From Asterionella formosa (taxonomy: Eukaryota), in the NCBI GenBank assembly GCA_002256025.1, contig NKIB01014953.1, forward strand, positions 1-39,366: DNA of 39,366 nt. The letters run 5' to 3'. The number at the start of each line of letters is the position of its first letter. The first letter of the stretch is position 1. The position numbers were made by a program, and so were the translations under genes. Positions 22,601 to 30,480 of the stretch are shown here, in pieces. Under the pieces are notes generated by a model. That model saw only the letters and a list, made by a program, of their open reading frames with translations. It did no database searches and was not told the DNA's origin.

Positions 22601-25600
22601 AGCGAAAAAGGTCGGAAGCGCGACGCACCATTATTGAGCCCTAGATCGAGCACGTGATATTGGCGGAATTGTGCACGCAGTGGCGGGTTCAAACTGGAAG
22701 TTTTGATTGCCGCATCGGTCGAAAATTTGGATTGAAAATTCTGCACTGTTTCTATTTCAACAAAAACAAAAATGATTCTGCCACTTCTATTTGAGACTGA
22801 CACGCACCAACTGTCTTTTCCGGCGGTTTTCACAAGTTGTATGCCTGTGACCGCATTTCCTGAAGCTGGAAGGCCGTCTCTTCCCAAGTCAATAGAACCC
22901 AAATCATCACAGCGTGCCACCTCCGGTTCGCAACTGGCTGGAACCTCAAACCGTTTCGCACGCAAGGTTGAACCATGGGCAAAGACGAGTAGTGCCGCTC
23001 CACGAATGTCTTTTGTAGCTGGCGCTCCGGCGCCTCTTGTCCACTCTAGTAGCGCAAAACTGTTTTGCAACTGTTCTATCTCTTCCTTGGTCTGAGTCGG
23101 TTGCACAACTCCCTGAACAGCGGCAATAATTCGACTGAATTCTTGCTGTATGCCGTTTTCAACACTATCGGGCGCACTCGCTTGGAGGTTTGGTAATGAA
23201 TCGCCAACCGTCAACGATTGTGAACCGGTGTTATCGTCTGCCTTTTTGCTAAAACCAATAATTTGGCGTCTTCCTCTTCCACCATCCGATGTTTGACTTT
23301 CTGTCCCACTAATAGAGTTTCCAATATTGCGTAACCGCCTTCTGTTTTCGAATGACGGACGGAAACGCATACAAAGAGGTTCGCCAGGATTTGAATCAGA
23401 ACTAACTTCTCGCACCGTTCCAATAATGTCGTCGAACGATATTCCCTCGAGACTCACACCATTGACGCTTAATAACTCATCGCCTAGCGAAATCATTCCA
23501 GTACGCTCCGCCGGCAACCTTTGGTCGCTCAAAGGGTTCTTCTTGAATGATCCTGCAATGGAGGGCATACCCTCCATTTGTGCTTCCAGTCGAAGGCCTA
23601 TTCCAAAATCAGGATGAGGCGTTATCAATACGTCATATTCTCTTCCCAAATCGCCTTCTTCCTCGAGATCGCTATCACTATCTAAGTGGTTATTGTTTTG
23701 ACAAGATATTTCTCCCAGTGATTCTGGGATACTGTCACTTGCTGACACCTGAAATGGATCACAGGCTGGCATAGAAGGTTCGAGGGCGCTCCAAGGAGGG
23801 GGCATTTCGAAGAGTAGAATTGAGCCAGAATCCGTTGCCACTAGTAATTGCGGTGGGCCTCCATAATTCTCATCTGGCCACCATCTCAATGCGACGATTC
23901 TTTGGTCAGAACTTTTTGGCAACCGCACCGTTGGCAATGATAAAGGAACTGGGATGACGCTGACATCATGAAAAAGTGCTGGTTCATTGGAAGAACCAAA
24001 TGCCGATGACACAATGACAGGATCATTAGAAAGCAATGCTTTAAAGTCAGGTTTTCCATATAGGCGTGAAGCTGGAATAATTGACATACTACCTTGTTTC
24101 CTCCACGTTATCGACACTGATTTGCATCCTTTGTCTATCTGTGCACTCAAAATACTCGATTCATATTCCAAACACACTGTTTCATGATTAAAGAAGTGAT
24201 TCCCGCCGGTATTAGGGTTTCCTCCTTTCGCGGTTTGCAGATCACCACTGCGCGTTCCAGCCGCGTCGTTAAGCGATAGAAGATATCTCAATGGGCTACC
24301 AAGCTCCACCGCCCCATACTCCTGATCGACCCAAAGGGGAAATTCCATTAGAATAACTTTCCCTGTAACAGAATGGGAGGCAGTAATTCTAAGCTCACTT
24401 GGAGGTGAATGGGTCCCGCCAGTAATGGAATCACCGAAATAACCATGCGGTGTCAGCGACCCGGGGGCGAGCCCTAAGAAAGCCATTGCTGATCCATTAA
24501 GCGTACCATTATGGTCCGCATCACCAGCATCAGTGTTCCACATGGGCCATGCCGGCCAAATCCCTTGTATTGACAAACCCATTTCACCCAAGCCAAGAAC
24601 GCTTTCAGATATAACCGATCCTGCAGGCAAAATTGCTGCAACGCTTTCGAAGTGAGCAGCTTGAGAATCTTCGCTGCCTCTCTTCATGTAACTTAATCGA
24701 GAAAGGCGAAGGGCAGGGAAAACACTTCTAAATGTGAGCTCTGCAATCCATGCACCTCCCGCAGAAGATGGACTCGGATGATTAGGAGCAGCTTGAAAAG
24801 GGCGGGTTCCTGTTATTGCTGCGCTGAATCCTCTCGAATCCTCGGCTGAATTTGAGCTCGGTCTGCGGCTGGAAACAGATGAGTTCGATTTCTTTCTTGA
24901 CTTTCGCGATTCAAGGTCGCCCAAATTGAATGAAGTGATACCTCGGACCCAGTCCACTCGTGTGTGAGGTGGAGATTTCCATTGCGTGATTTTTTTCCAG
25001 CTGTTTTGACTAAAAATGCGCACGCAGTTGTCGCTTTCGCAGTATGTCAGCAGCAAATCATTGCCTTCGTCACCTTCACATTGTAAATTTGAAGTAACAT
25101 GTCCAAATCCTCGAAAGGAGACATGCGAAACTGACGAGTCATGCACTAAGAAGGGACCAGGCTTGTAAACAATACCAACGGCAGTGTTGTTCGAGGCTTG
25201 ACGAACTAGCGCCTCAGATGGTGTTGCAAGTCCATCTACTGAGGCTCCATCTTCGATATCTCGAATGAATGTTCTCGCACCGAATGGGTTTTCGTTGTCG
25301 ATTCCCTCGCCAGCTACAACAAGAACAATTGCGGATCCGTCGCCAGATATTCTTGCCGACAAGATAGCTCTATCTAATGTCGTTGTCCATATCAGCTCCA
25401 TTGTCAATACATCACTTGATAGCGCCGAAGGTTTGGCATCAAAGATAGCCAGCTGCTCGTGATGTGCAACAAGCAGCCTGTAATCAGCTGAGGACGATAT
25501 ATCAACAATGTCGCCGCCACTGAAAGCAAAAAATTCAGACTGTTTCTGGCTGCTGAAGTGAAAGGTGTCCCTGCATGACACTTTGGGACCATTTCTCCAT

Positions 25601-26226
25601 CTATATTTTCCAAAGGCGGACACGACCTTGTTGGGTTCAGGTCTATGTCTAGCTTTCACAGGATGGTACGTTTGAATAACTCCGTCAGACATTGCAACCG
25701 TTATCATTCCATTGTCTGGGTTTGACACCAATCTAACAACGGTTGCGCCATTGCCTGGCAAATCAAGGGTTTGCAACGTGACTCTGGTTCGAGCGCAAAC
25801 TCCAATGACCTCGTTTCTTTTGACAGTCGAAAAGAGGACTTCCATCCCTCGATATGACACGGTACATACCAAGGATGAATCATGAATAGTTTCATTCTTA
25901 ATGTTCACTAAATTATTTGAGGATGGAGCAGCAACCAGGTGTGACGACGCTGACTTGATTGCGGCCATAGCGCGGCGCCTACCTCCAGTTACCAGCCTCT
26001 TACCCGGGACAGGATCTTGGAGAAGCGCTGTTGATCGAACTGGAGAAGAGGGGCTGGAACGAACGCCGAGGTCACCGGGTGCCCGCAAAGATCCATGTCG
26101 GGCAGGTGAAGCAACAGATGCGGAAGTCCCCAAGGACGAAGAAGTCACGGCGGAAGCAGTGATAGCGCCTGGGGCAGAATCAAAATCAAGAGTCACTTCC
26201 GTTGACAGGAGCGAAGGGGACGACAT
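16573..26226 (-). CDS. RAVE subunit Rav1 / Rabconnectin-3alpha (DMXL)-like protein with PDZ, SH2, DEP-like and C2 domains, 3217 aa, single exon
   Basis: 9654-nt uninterrupted ORF. Rav1p_C-like core: WHPDAIL, AALTSNSQVQLI, FSWENARSLRMPFWVRS, DFSSERGRHAAEKNAYSLLSKRKHVEAVAFFLLA. The N-terminal half is beta-rich and propeller-like. Approximate domain positions: PDZ 23637-23360, SH2 18870-18520, DEP-like 17880-17585, C2 17230-16748. Confidence 0.88.
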   Translation of the reverse strand: MSSPSLLSTEVTLDFDSAPGAITASAVTSSSLGTSASVASPARHGSLRAPGDLGVRSSPSSPVRSTALLQDPVPGKRLVTGGRRRAMAAIKSASSHLVAAPSSNNLVNIKNETIHDSSLVCTVSYRGMEVLFSTVKRNEVIGVCARTRVTLQTLDLPGNGATVVRLVSNPDNGMITVAMSDGVIQTYHPVKARHRPEPNKVVSAFGKYRWRNGPKVSCRDTFHFSSQKQSEFFAFSGGDIVDISSSADYRLLVAHHEQLAIFDAKPSALSSDVLTMELIWTTTLDRAILSARISGDGSAIVLVVAGEGIDNENPFGARTFIRDIEDGASVDGLATPSEALVRQASNNTAVGIVYKPGPFLVHDSSVSHVSFRGFGHVTSNLQCEGDEGNDLLLTYCESDNCVRIFSQNSWKKITQWKSPPHTRVDWVRGITSFNLGDLESRKSRKKSNSSVSSRRPSSNSAEDSRGFSAAITGTRPFQAAPNHPSPSSAGGAWIAELTFRSVFPALRLSRLSYMKRGSEDSQAAHFESVAAILPAGSVISESVLGLGEMGLSIQGIWPAWPMWNTDAGDADHNGTLNGSAMAFLGLAPGSLTPHGYFGDSITGGTHSPPSELRITASHSVTGKVILMEFPLWVDQEYGAVELGSPLRYLLSLNDAAGTRSGDLQTAKGGNPNTGGNHFFNHETVCLEYESSILSAQIDKGCKSVSITWRKQGSMSIIPASRLYGKPDFKALLSNDPVIVSSAFGSSNEPALFHDVSVIPVPLSLPTVRLPKSSDQRIVALRWWPDENYGGPPQLLVATDSGSILLFEMPPPWSALEPSMPACDPFQVSASDSIPESLGEISCQNNNHLDSDSDLEEEGDLGREYDVLITPHPDFGIGLRLEAQMEGMPSIAGSFKKNPLSDQRLPAERTGMISLGDELLSVNGVSLEGISFDDIIGTVREVSSDSNPGEPLCMRFRPSFENRRRLRNIGNSISGTESQTSDGGRGRRQIIGFSKKADDNTGSQSLTVGDSLPNLQASAPDSVENGIQQEFSRIIAAVQGVVQPTQTKEEIEQLQNSFALLEWTRGAGAPATKDIRGAALLVFAHGSTLRAKRFEVPASCEPEVARCDDLGSIDLGRDGLPASGNAVTGIQLVKTAGKDSWCVSVSNRSGRIIFVFVEIETVQNFQSKFSTDAAIKTSSLNPPLRAQFRQYHVLDLGLNNGASRFRPFSLGLAAAIIDDPSNKGRITVWSTLPTARLADSECQDGDYSKSELATQITLQNEVVDFRFIVSRPLDAIPLIAVFTKESVIAFRCSGAGTSWQPVLEILYSEVATSSNLNETLRSTGKGSSPSPSDLFPHLACAIRNLCEASDEFDHIKSDWHPDAILSSICTESYGAGIALQRNITPLYSWLSLWTCVDENKHPSIDMDLPHGIVPFSEIFGYSLRQAPATNKREEGTENASMLIASLSLSKSPQKPVSEKQSALSKLQLLLCPSRRLLSRPDGSGSGKRSNEFKLTMAVLPEGSDACEQEQEALLPLPLRTLTVDELRLVWALGEVVANPPNFKDIDESAQHTLICVALFRALECAKNDEESETGLQRRNGMSLQNINDQLHGSMRVKNTFSFYSVGPPPKPSIASAACLAALTSNSQVQLIESFRPQNDKFSWENARSLRMPFWVRSDEQLRKITEEIGQKEYRDTRDIMKSALFFVMVGNIRTLRNLAATDQSMTGRTFSKFINSYDFSSERGRHAAEKNAYSLLSKRKHVEAVAFFLLAEPPMTKIAIECIITKMGDLDLAFLALRMIDLIKNKNREQEFFPGGLNLSSMMGGGGGYATGGQMIPTAPPIDSTPFYNWKPNLSTGARELLKERGIPSVPQDLCFISLQLMWLGRREEASHQLSGLSPAGEISAVVFPRSFDKSVSMATTASASHFGSTHHQPDPGSANRRVITKCNEIINFSSRPLLTSLIQSSARSRWAATLVVGDALKNRGLELLSARSILQNTRESDFDEIRSSTVCDEQTEKQGVSASSTPVNKDSSIFDAFEIKPPPAPPVSALKQMPSIFDSYDMPQIISHTKSISGGQTQSNNLDSFFPTTQKVPSIFDAFDMPNPKPRIAVAVSDSMQSSIFDSFDVPKPKPSSNFGSFDRPTNPNDQKAGEMASSIFASFDGPVVLNPSAVPISTALDGTDHIAPKESSTATMAEESEGEQDIAPQPIPLLWRELRDCVLVVSAARRLIRELTTVVSLFHGDARDLPISIFCNYHHPLIPSRASEILRTTCNGESVVASVRSLVESLCSSFELDVSLVVEQALRLLDSKAQPACIVFCVLLHSVMDRSDLAEDVVRDAAIGLIDRCEAMALANDDLVDHRQSVQHCSSQYLRRLCVRVSWQLELCLWLHRGGAIPLSSLVLKETTIAVRIGFIIASWSRNHDCLEAVIRCEPDCEIDHQYGRQLWSSMKMLSGMDNRTPKSNAIATGSSSGGWEFLVDCRREEATKMLKELSPGSFIIRPHTEDNGVFTLSFKTNLTPAVDPSDFQDSVDSETKEVSTDEATQEAKPLGNANTIRKDDVVQHAIIRLSDAGFRCGSFGPFASLLKLLEAVSASLPFDLLFDKPPLYGIMKEECAQPSPNGVFLRKFALTSHSEAMRWNRDNGQFIETTGLPADDTASDTKGRDRDQLNRLGIFCQLLTLTEIRKQLSGIAAAQDVDIPEAQRSLDVPPIAQIDKTLEEQVSVDSTAASPCINGIEEHYAVSNRILRPFLVWCRVLETLTVFDIAPSVKEISADTGKLPVTLSASETAIECAPPSSGGLIDGGDSMIRSMIQPESGVEFRTLRVGEGGDSAMIVLFSKRDAIKWLISSGKERDMDDALATLKRTEKGRVIEPIALSDLSLKSFTNQSKLGKEEEHVCYRFVDPWEVEALESREGETLGASLGREHYFSFSVSSVASSCEGSLRKLGGIHLLGLWTNSKGGIRLTKAIASVHAPWERDAGGDLQMYQGTVSEPSPFSNSIRQHLYRNDLFRRLHMPQRFMALVQVELLDLKNLNAPGGTSLSVYALLRLKRPGSSAPLSHKARTLDSSATLPVKVGKSVHAGPNAPASWGSLVRFRFPLPEDVNCDGVSLDGDREALFKGPPSMLQISVYEKKFMSDITLGGADVKLDSLTTGGQIEEWVPLRSEKHGIHWFARIRLTLRFELMCLPTQDNESATILPPSVGLRKIQQLSKMGGTHEDNKVKKSGSTQDLLTYFESMVY

Positions 26227-26910
26227 TTCGGATATCTGATGGCCTGCCAGAGGCCTTTAATGTTTTATTCTGAGATTTCGAGTCGGTTGCTCGTTTCGAA
26301 TCGAATAAATAATAACGACACACAACAACAGTAACGTGCTTATTGAAGAACCTCGAAAAGTTTCGTCACAACTTGCCATACAGCTTGGTTGCTCAGGTTG
26401 TCGTTTTCTTTCAATCTACGATTATGTGAGACTTGCCAACACAAAGATGAAGGCGACGATATCAGGAGGTCAAACGATTGCCAAGCAATGGCTTTGCTAT
26501 CCATAGAAAATGTAAATTTCAGTTTGAAACCTTCGCCCGTGTGGTGACAGCAACGATTGTATGTTATTGTCGCACTTGTGTGATGCTAAATAGCTTGATG
26601 TACGAATTATATGTACAATAGGACGAACACCTTTTAACCGAACATTTCCTTATGGATCAGCCGTTATTATACATGTATGTTGAACAGCCGTATATATGCC
26701 GGACGTGCCATTTTTGTGGTCATTCATCGCACTGCAGCCCTGCTTCCTCCTCTATTTTTGCACTCTGACTGCTCAAGGCAAAGAAATCGTGCTGCCACTG
26801 TTGTGCAGGGTCTCGCATGCAATACCCTACAATGAGCTGTTTGTGGCTGCTGTTTGTTTGTAAAGCAAAAGCGTCATTGATATGCTGATATTCAGAGTGG
26901 ACTGGACTAT

Positions 26911-26939
26911 AATACTGGTAGTCAGTAACTACCAGTATT
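26911..26939. repeat. Perfect 12-bp inverted repeat (hairpin)
   Basis: AATACTGGTAGT-CAGTA-ACTACCAGTATT. Confidence 0.8.
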
Positions 26940-29168
26940 TTTCAAATGATCCCAACAACTTTTCAACTATAGCTAATGTAGAATAGGTGGTTTTGATCAC
27001 TTTGGCCAGTGAAACAATGTAACGAAAAATTTTGGGCTATTTTGATTTTCACTTTTGGGCATCTTGAGCAAAATGCAGATGCATGAGGATCCATTTTCTC
27101 AACATTCATATGAAGTAGGATATAACAGTAGAACAACAGTATCTTGCATTTAATTATGCAATGTGCAACCACGAAAGTGGCAATGATGGAAAGGAAGAAA
27201 ATCATGGTACATTTGTTTTGATGATTGGAACTGTTAAATATCTGGTGGTATGGTCAATGTAAATGTTACATCTGTAGGAAGTGTATGGAATGAATGTGAT
27301 TCTAGTCATATAGTAATTATGATAGAGACATGCTTTATTTAGTCTCCCGCAACTATTTGAATTGACAAATAAAACAGCATTTGTCAACATGTACATGTAC
27401 CAAATGAATATATGTATGTTGAATTGGTTTCGAATCATTTATTTTGATACTAATAATTCAATTAGTCATTGAGAGTTTATAATCACATGAATGTAACACA
27501 TTAAAATACATTTTTAGTAAACTGACATTCACATAGAAACATGGTATGTTTTCTTTGTAATCTATCCTAAAAATAAGCTGCTCAGCACTTGAATCACTGC
27601 AAATTGCTGCAACTATTTTCGCCCAGAGGGGAGTACCAGTTACCAGGTAATAGGTGGGTACCAATAGTCTACCTGGTACTGGTAGGCAAATATGGCTTAT
27701 ATTAAAGTCTACTAGAAGACGAACGAATTAAAAAACTAGCAAGATAAACAAAAGTCTGGTGAGGTGATGATTGCAGGAAGGCTCAAATATAGATAGATTC
27801 TTGAGTTTTTTCAGGCAATATTAAATCGAGTACTGCAAAATAAATTACATGCTTACCATCATTATGGTGGTTTACACACATTAAATGAAACGCGACAGAT
27901 AAAAATGTTCCTGCTGAAGCTATAAATACATGACAGACCTCAAGATGGCCAAGAAATTAGTTGACTTGGAGCACATTCCCCAAATCCTAGGGGAATAAAA
28001 GGTTTTCGTCATCTCTTCTTGAATCCATACTTTTTTCGTTCGTAAAATAGATCCGTCTTTGTAGCGCCTAAATTCACGATCTTTGGACAACCGTCTCGAT
28101 CTTTCTCTTGCTGGACACATTCACGACAGTACATTGCGTCAGTCACACCTACTCCTCCACAAACGCAGCATCGGCCTTCAAAGGATCCATAATTGCATTC
28201 GTCGCATATATGTACAATTGTGTGTGGGTTGACAAAAGAATCGCAAATAACACAATGGCCGTCACCTATTAGAGCGAGAGAGCGTGAGTGAGTATTTTAA
28301 GTTGGATAGAACTGATCGTCAACATGCCGAAAAATTTCAGACCTATCAACACTCACACTTTTCGCAGAGGCGACCAATAGCAACTCCAGGCTGCTTACGG
28401 CACATAACTAAATCGGGGTGATGTTTGGCCATGATGCAGTGAACACACTGAAACTACGGAAATTGAACGACCGAAAGCAAATGAGGACCAAAAGATCGTC
28501 TGCGGCACGAAAATGGTCATGATGCTGTGCCTTGCTGCGGACGTCGCTTGAAAGTGTGATCGTCGTACGATACTGTGTAGGTTACAAGGGTAAACGGGCA
28601 AATAATTACTCCGAATATAGCAAAGCAAGGTGGTAAGATTAGCTAAATTTCTCAAGCAATTACCGGACCTTCCAGGGTGACTCTACCTACATCAATTTCC
28701 TAAAATAATAAAAGAATGGTACCAGAATAGATTAGGATACCGGACGAGTGACAGACGCTTTGATGTCCAAATGCAAAGGGAACCCAAAAGTTCGACAATA
28801 GATCTGAATAAGGTGTGTTGTGTCGCTGATACCATGGATCCTTCATCGACCTGATGAAATTCAACAGGCGCAAAGATCAGGAGATGTAGAGCGGGTAACT
28901 CACTTGTAACCTTGAAGGGCGTTTTTTCATATCCCATGGAAAGTCGACTTTCTCTTCTTACCACTTACTAGGATGTTTTGAGACCTCGGACCTCGAATTC
29001 TTTGTTTCTAACATCGCCATTACTATATTACTGTTTTGTTTCCATTTAGGTTCTTTCCTTTCCACCCTTAGTGTGTCTGTCTTCGGTTAAATCGTCGGTG
29101 AGCATTACGACTCTCCTTCGCCCGCAGCATTCTCCTCCTCCTTTAGTCAATCGAAACAACATATCAAG

Positions 29169-30149
29169 ATGCCACTTTCCGCCTCCCGCAAGAAGGAGTA
29201 TTTCGTCAAGATGAAGGAGCTTTTGGGCACCTACAACAAGACTTTCATTGTCGGCGTGGACAACGTTGGCTCCATGCAGCTCCAGGTCACCCGTAAAGAA
29301 CTCCGTGGAAAGGCTGAGGTCCTCATGGGCAAGAACACCATGATGCGCAAAATCATCAACGAGTTTGTTGACGAGAATCCAGGATCTACTGTTGAGAAGC
29401 TCGTCGCCATGTGCAAGGGCAACATTGGTTTTGTGTTTACCAACGGAGATCTCGGTGAAGTCCGTACGATCCTTGAGGGAAACACGCGTCCCGCCCCTGC
29501 CCGTGTTGGTTCGTCTGCCCCTAGTGATGTCGTTGTCCCCGCCGGTCCTACTGGGTGCGATCCTGGGCAGACTGCTTTCTTCCAGGCATTGCAGATTGGT
29601 ACCAAAATTACCAAGGGTCAAATTGAAATTGTTAACGACGTGCCTCTGATCACAAAAGGAGAAAAAGTGACTGCCTCTCAGGCAGCTCTTCTCCAGAAGC
29701 TTAACATTGAGCCTTTCACCTACGGTCTCACTTTGATCGCCGTCTATGATTCCGGTTCTCTATTTGATGCCAAGGTTCTTGACATCACTGACTCTGTCCT
29801 TTCTGCCAAATTCGGAGAGGCTCTGGGGGTTCTGGCTTCCATCTCCCTAGCCCTCGGATACCCTACACAGGCTAGTGTTCCCCATTGTGTTGCCAATGCC
29901 TTCAAGGCAATCGTTGCTATTACCATTGGTCTCGAGAACTATTCCTTCGACAAGGCCGATTTGTTCAAGGAATACCTCAAGGATCCAAGCAAGTTTGCTG
30001 GATCTGGTGGAGGTGGTGATGGCGGCGGAGCCGCCGCCGCAGCTGCTCCTGTCGTTGAAGAAAAGGAGGAAGAAGAAGAAATGGACCTTGGTGGAGGTAT
30101 GGACATGTTCGGAGGTGATGAAGGTGGAGGTGGTGGAGGAGACTACTAG
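29169..30149 (+). CDS. RPLP0: 60S acidic ribosomal protein P0 (uL10), 326 aa
   Basis: VGVDNVGSMQLQ, VLMGKNTMMRK, GNIGFVFTN, PAGPTGCDPGQTAFFQALQIGTKITKGQIEI and LLQKLNIEPFTYGL, followed by an Ala/Gly hinge and acidic tail. Confidence 0.98.
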   Translation: MPLSASRKKEYFVKMKELLGTYNKTFIVGVDNVGSMQLQVTRKELRGKAEVLMGKNTMMRKIINEFVDENPGSTVEKLVAMCKGNIGFVFTNGDLGEVRTILEGNTRPAPARVGSSAPSDVVVPAGPTGCDPGQTAFFQALQIGTKITKGQIEIVNDVPLITKGEKVTASQAALLQKLNIEPFTYGLTLIAVYDSGSLFDAKVLDITDSVLSAKFGEALGVLASISLALGYPTQASVPHCVANAFKAIVAITIGLENYSFDKADLFKEYLKDPSKFAGSGGGGDGGGAAAAAAPVVEEKEEEEEMDLGGGMDMFGGDEGGGGGGDY

Positions 30150-30480
30150 ATTTGAGGAAGTCATATTTTCTTTTCGCATAACTAGAAAAATGAAGTTGCC
30201 TTTCACGTTCATACTTTTTTTAACAATTGTAGTAAACGTGTGCAATTTTTGGCTTAATTGAACAGATTGTGACTTCAAGCGAGTACCTAAGTTTATAGAG
30301 TGTTCTCTTACCCAGACAACTTTCTGTTTAATGAGTTTGAAGGTACACCTACAGTGCGGAATTCCAGTACTCGCCCGTCACAACTGCAATGGCCGCAGGC
30401 TGTTGCAATAGCAATGTAATCACTTAAACTATGACAGCAAAATTGAGCCAGAAACAGGAAGGGACCTATAACGATAATAA

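Noticed and set aside
28690..28970. Possible snoRNA or small gene upstream of RPLP0 (TGATGA, short CCTGAT/ATCAGG stem)
   Set aside because: No properly placed box D or terminal stem and no recognisable guide; the ORFs lack coding character.
29046..30278. Antisense and alternative-frame ORFs over RPLP0 (191, 127, 143 aa and others)
   Set aside because: Shadow ORFs arising from the biased codon usage of a highly expressed gene; no recognisable motifs.
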